The notes below the pieces were generated by a model that was not told the origin of the DNA, did not search any database, and saw only the letters and a program-made list of their open reading frames with translations. A DNA stretch of 64,000 nucleotides. It comes from Eledone cirrhosa. Its lineage: Eukaryota. The position numbers and the translations under genes are program-made. Positions 62,320 to 64,000 of this stretch are shown here, piece after piece. The stretch's first letter is position 1. Every line of letters begins with the position of its first letter. Location of the stretch: contig OZ024743.1 in the NCBI GenBank assembly GCA_964016885.1, positions 193,192,001 to 193,256,000 on the forward strand, written 5' to 3'.

Positions 62320-64000
62320 TAAAAGCACCACAGACGCTCTTTTCATAGTACGACAACTACAGGAGAAGTACCTAGCTAAAGGTAAACCCCTCTACTTAGC
62401 TTTTGTCGACCTGGAGAAAGCCTTCGACAGAGTCCCCCGCTCCATTATCTGGTGGGCTCTTAGAAAACTAGGCGTTGACGAATGGCTTGTGAGGGCTATA
62501 CAAGCCATGTATAAAGAAACAGTCAGCAAGGTTAGAATTAACAACGAATATAGTGAAGAGTTTAGCGTAAAAGTTGGCGTCCATCAGGGCTCTGTTCTCA
62601 GCCCCCTACTATTTATTATTGCCCTTCAGGCTATAACAGAGGAGTTCAAGACAGGCTGCCCATGGGAACTCCTATACGCAGACGACCTGACACTCATAGC
62701 GGAATCAATGGCCGAGCTAGAGAAGAAATTCCAAACATGGAAGCACGGCCTAGAGTCAAAAGGACTTAAAATTAACCTGGCTAAGACCAAAGTTCTAGTT
62801 TGTAGGAAAGAAAACAAGGCGGCGGTCCCTTCTGGGAAATGGTCGTGCTCGGTATGTAGGAAAGGCGTAGGTAGAAACTCCATCTTATGTCCTAAATGCA
62901 AAGTATGGGTGCATAAAAGATGTAGTGGGATCACAGGTAAGCTAACTAAGAACATAGACTTTACATGTGGCCGGTGTTCTGGTGCAATAAGTAGCAGCAA
63001 GTGCCCACAAAATACTAGCTCTTTCAATTGCGCAGAGGGTTTTATAGAAATAGTGGACAGCTTCCGTTACCTGGGCGATAAAATCAGCAGTGGGGGAGGG
63101 TGCTCTGAAAGTACTGTAGCTAGAGTCAGAACTGGTTGGAAAAAGTTCAGAGAGCTTATACCACTATTAGCTGCTAAAGGGTTCTCCCTAAAAATGAAAG
63201 GCAGGTTGTACGATGCCTGCATACGAACAGCAATGTTGCATGGTAGTGAGACCTGGGCATTGTGTGCAGAGGATATACGCAGACTAGAGAAGAACGAAGC
63301 TTGCATGCTCCGCTGGATGTGTAACAGTAATATACGTGAACGGCAAAGCGTAAACGAACTAAGGAAAAAATTAGAGATAAGAGGGATCAGATGTTGTTTA
63401 CTCGAGAGAAGGCTGCGTTGGTATGGACACGTGATGCGCATGAAAGTCGATAGCTGTATTACAAAGTGCAGGGCAATAAAGATAGACGGTAGCCACGGAA
63501 TAGGCAGACCTAGAAAAACATGGGATGAGCTGATAAACTCCGACCTCACACACTTACACCTCTCCAAGACAATGTCACTGGACCGTGACCTTTGGCGGTA
63601 CTCAGTAACAGAGAAGACCCGCCTTGCCAGTAGGCATCTCTAACAAAATACACCCCTCCTGCCGCCGCCCCCACCCCATCCCCACAACCACGTTCTATGT
63701 AAAGTTATGTTGGTGCCGCGCCATCCAGGCCGAAACAAATGAGATCGTGTAGGTGTCACGACAAAAAAACACACAGTCCACGCTGTAATGTGGCCGTGTA
63801 GGCAACACGGTAAAAACCTCCCAGACCCACACTGTAAATGTGGTTGGTGTTAGGAAGGGCATCCAACTGTAGAAAACCTGCCAGACAGTCCTATGCGAGC
63901 AAGACAATCACTCTTGCCTCAAGTGGGACTACCCCCGTCCAAACCCATGCAAGCGTGGAACACGGACGTTAAACGTTGATGATGATGATGATGATGATGA
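62320..64000 (+). mobile_element. 5'-truncated RTE LINE (family A), open RT C-terminal frame
   Basis: KSTTDALFIVRQ...YADD...; ends in (TGA)n at the window edge. Confidence 0.95.

Overview
AT-rich eukaryotic (metazoan) genomic DNA. The (TA)n/(ATC)n-rich introns and the SINE/RTE repertoire suggest a coleoid cephalopod such as Octopus (inference). The whole window lies inside one large minus-strand gene that I identify as VPS13D. I traced 25 internal coding exons (61108 down to 4128, about 2,050 codons). Their splice phases chain into one open frame if one GC-AG intron is accepted; the start and stop codons lie outside the window. The UBA domain typical of VPS13D appears to be missing at its expected position. 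Introns are packed with mobile DNA, especially the 17.9-kb intron 38299-56159 and the neighbouring introns up to the window end. These contain: a full-length RTE-clade LINE (APE + RT with a PHD-type C4HC3 finger inside the RT, and tandem 5' monomers); about ten young truncated copies, mostly in (TA)n tracts; two tRNA-derived SINE families; a non-autonomous Helitron; and a decayed Penelope-like (RT + GIY-YIG) element. piggyBac-type MITEs and CR1 and L1/Tx1 fragments lie in other introns. The most unexpected signal is a cluster of minimal type-I hammerhead ribozyme motifs of several unrelated families in the one large intron. One has a roughly 90-nt elongated stem II and lies on the host pre-mRNA strand, one sits in a 127-bp mini-element with a 31-bp flanking duplication, and one is in a terminally redundant monomer related to the Penelope pseudo-LTR. 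All structures were read by eye; no folding or database search was run.
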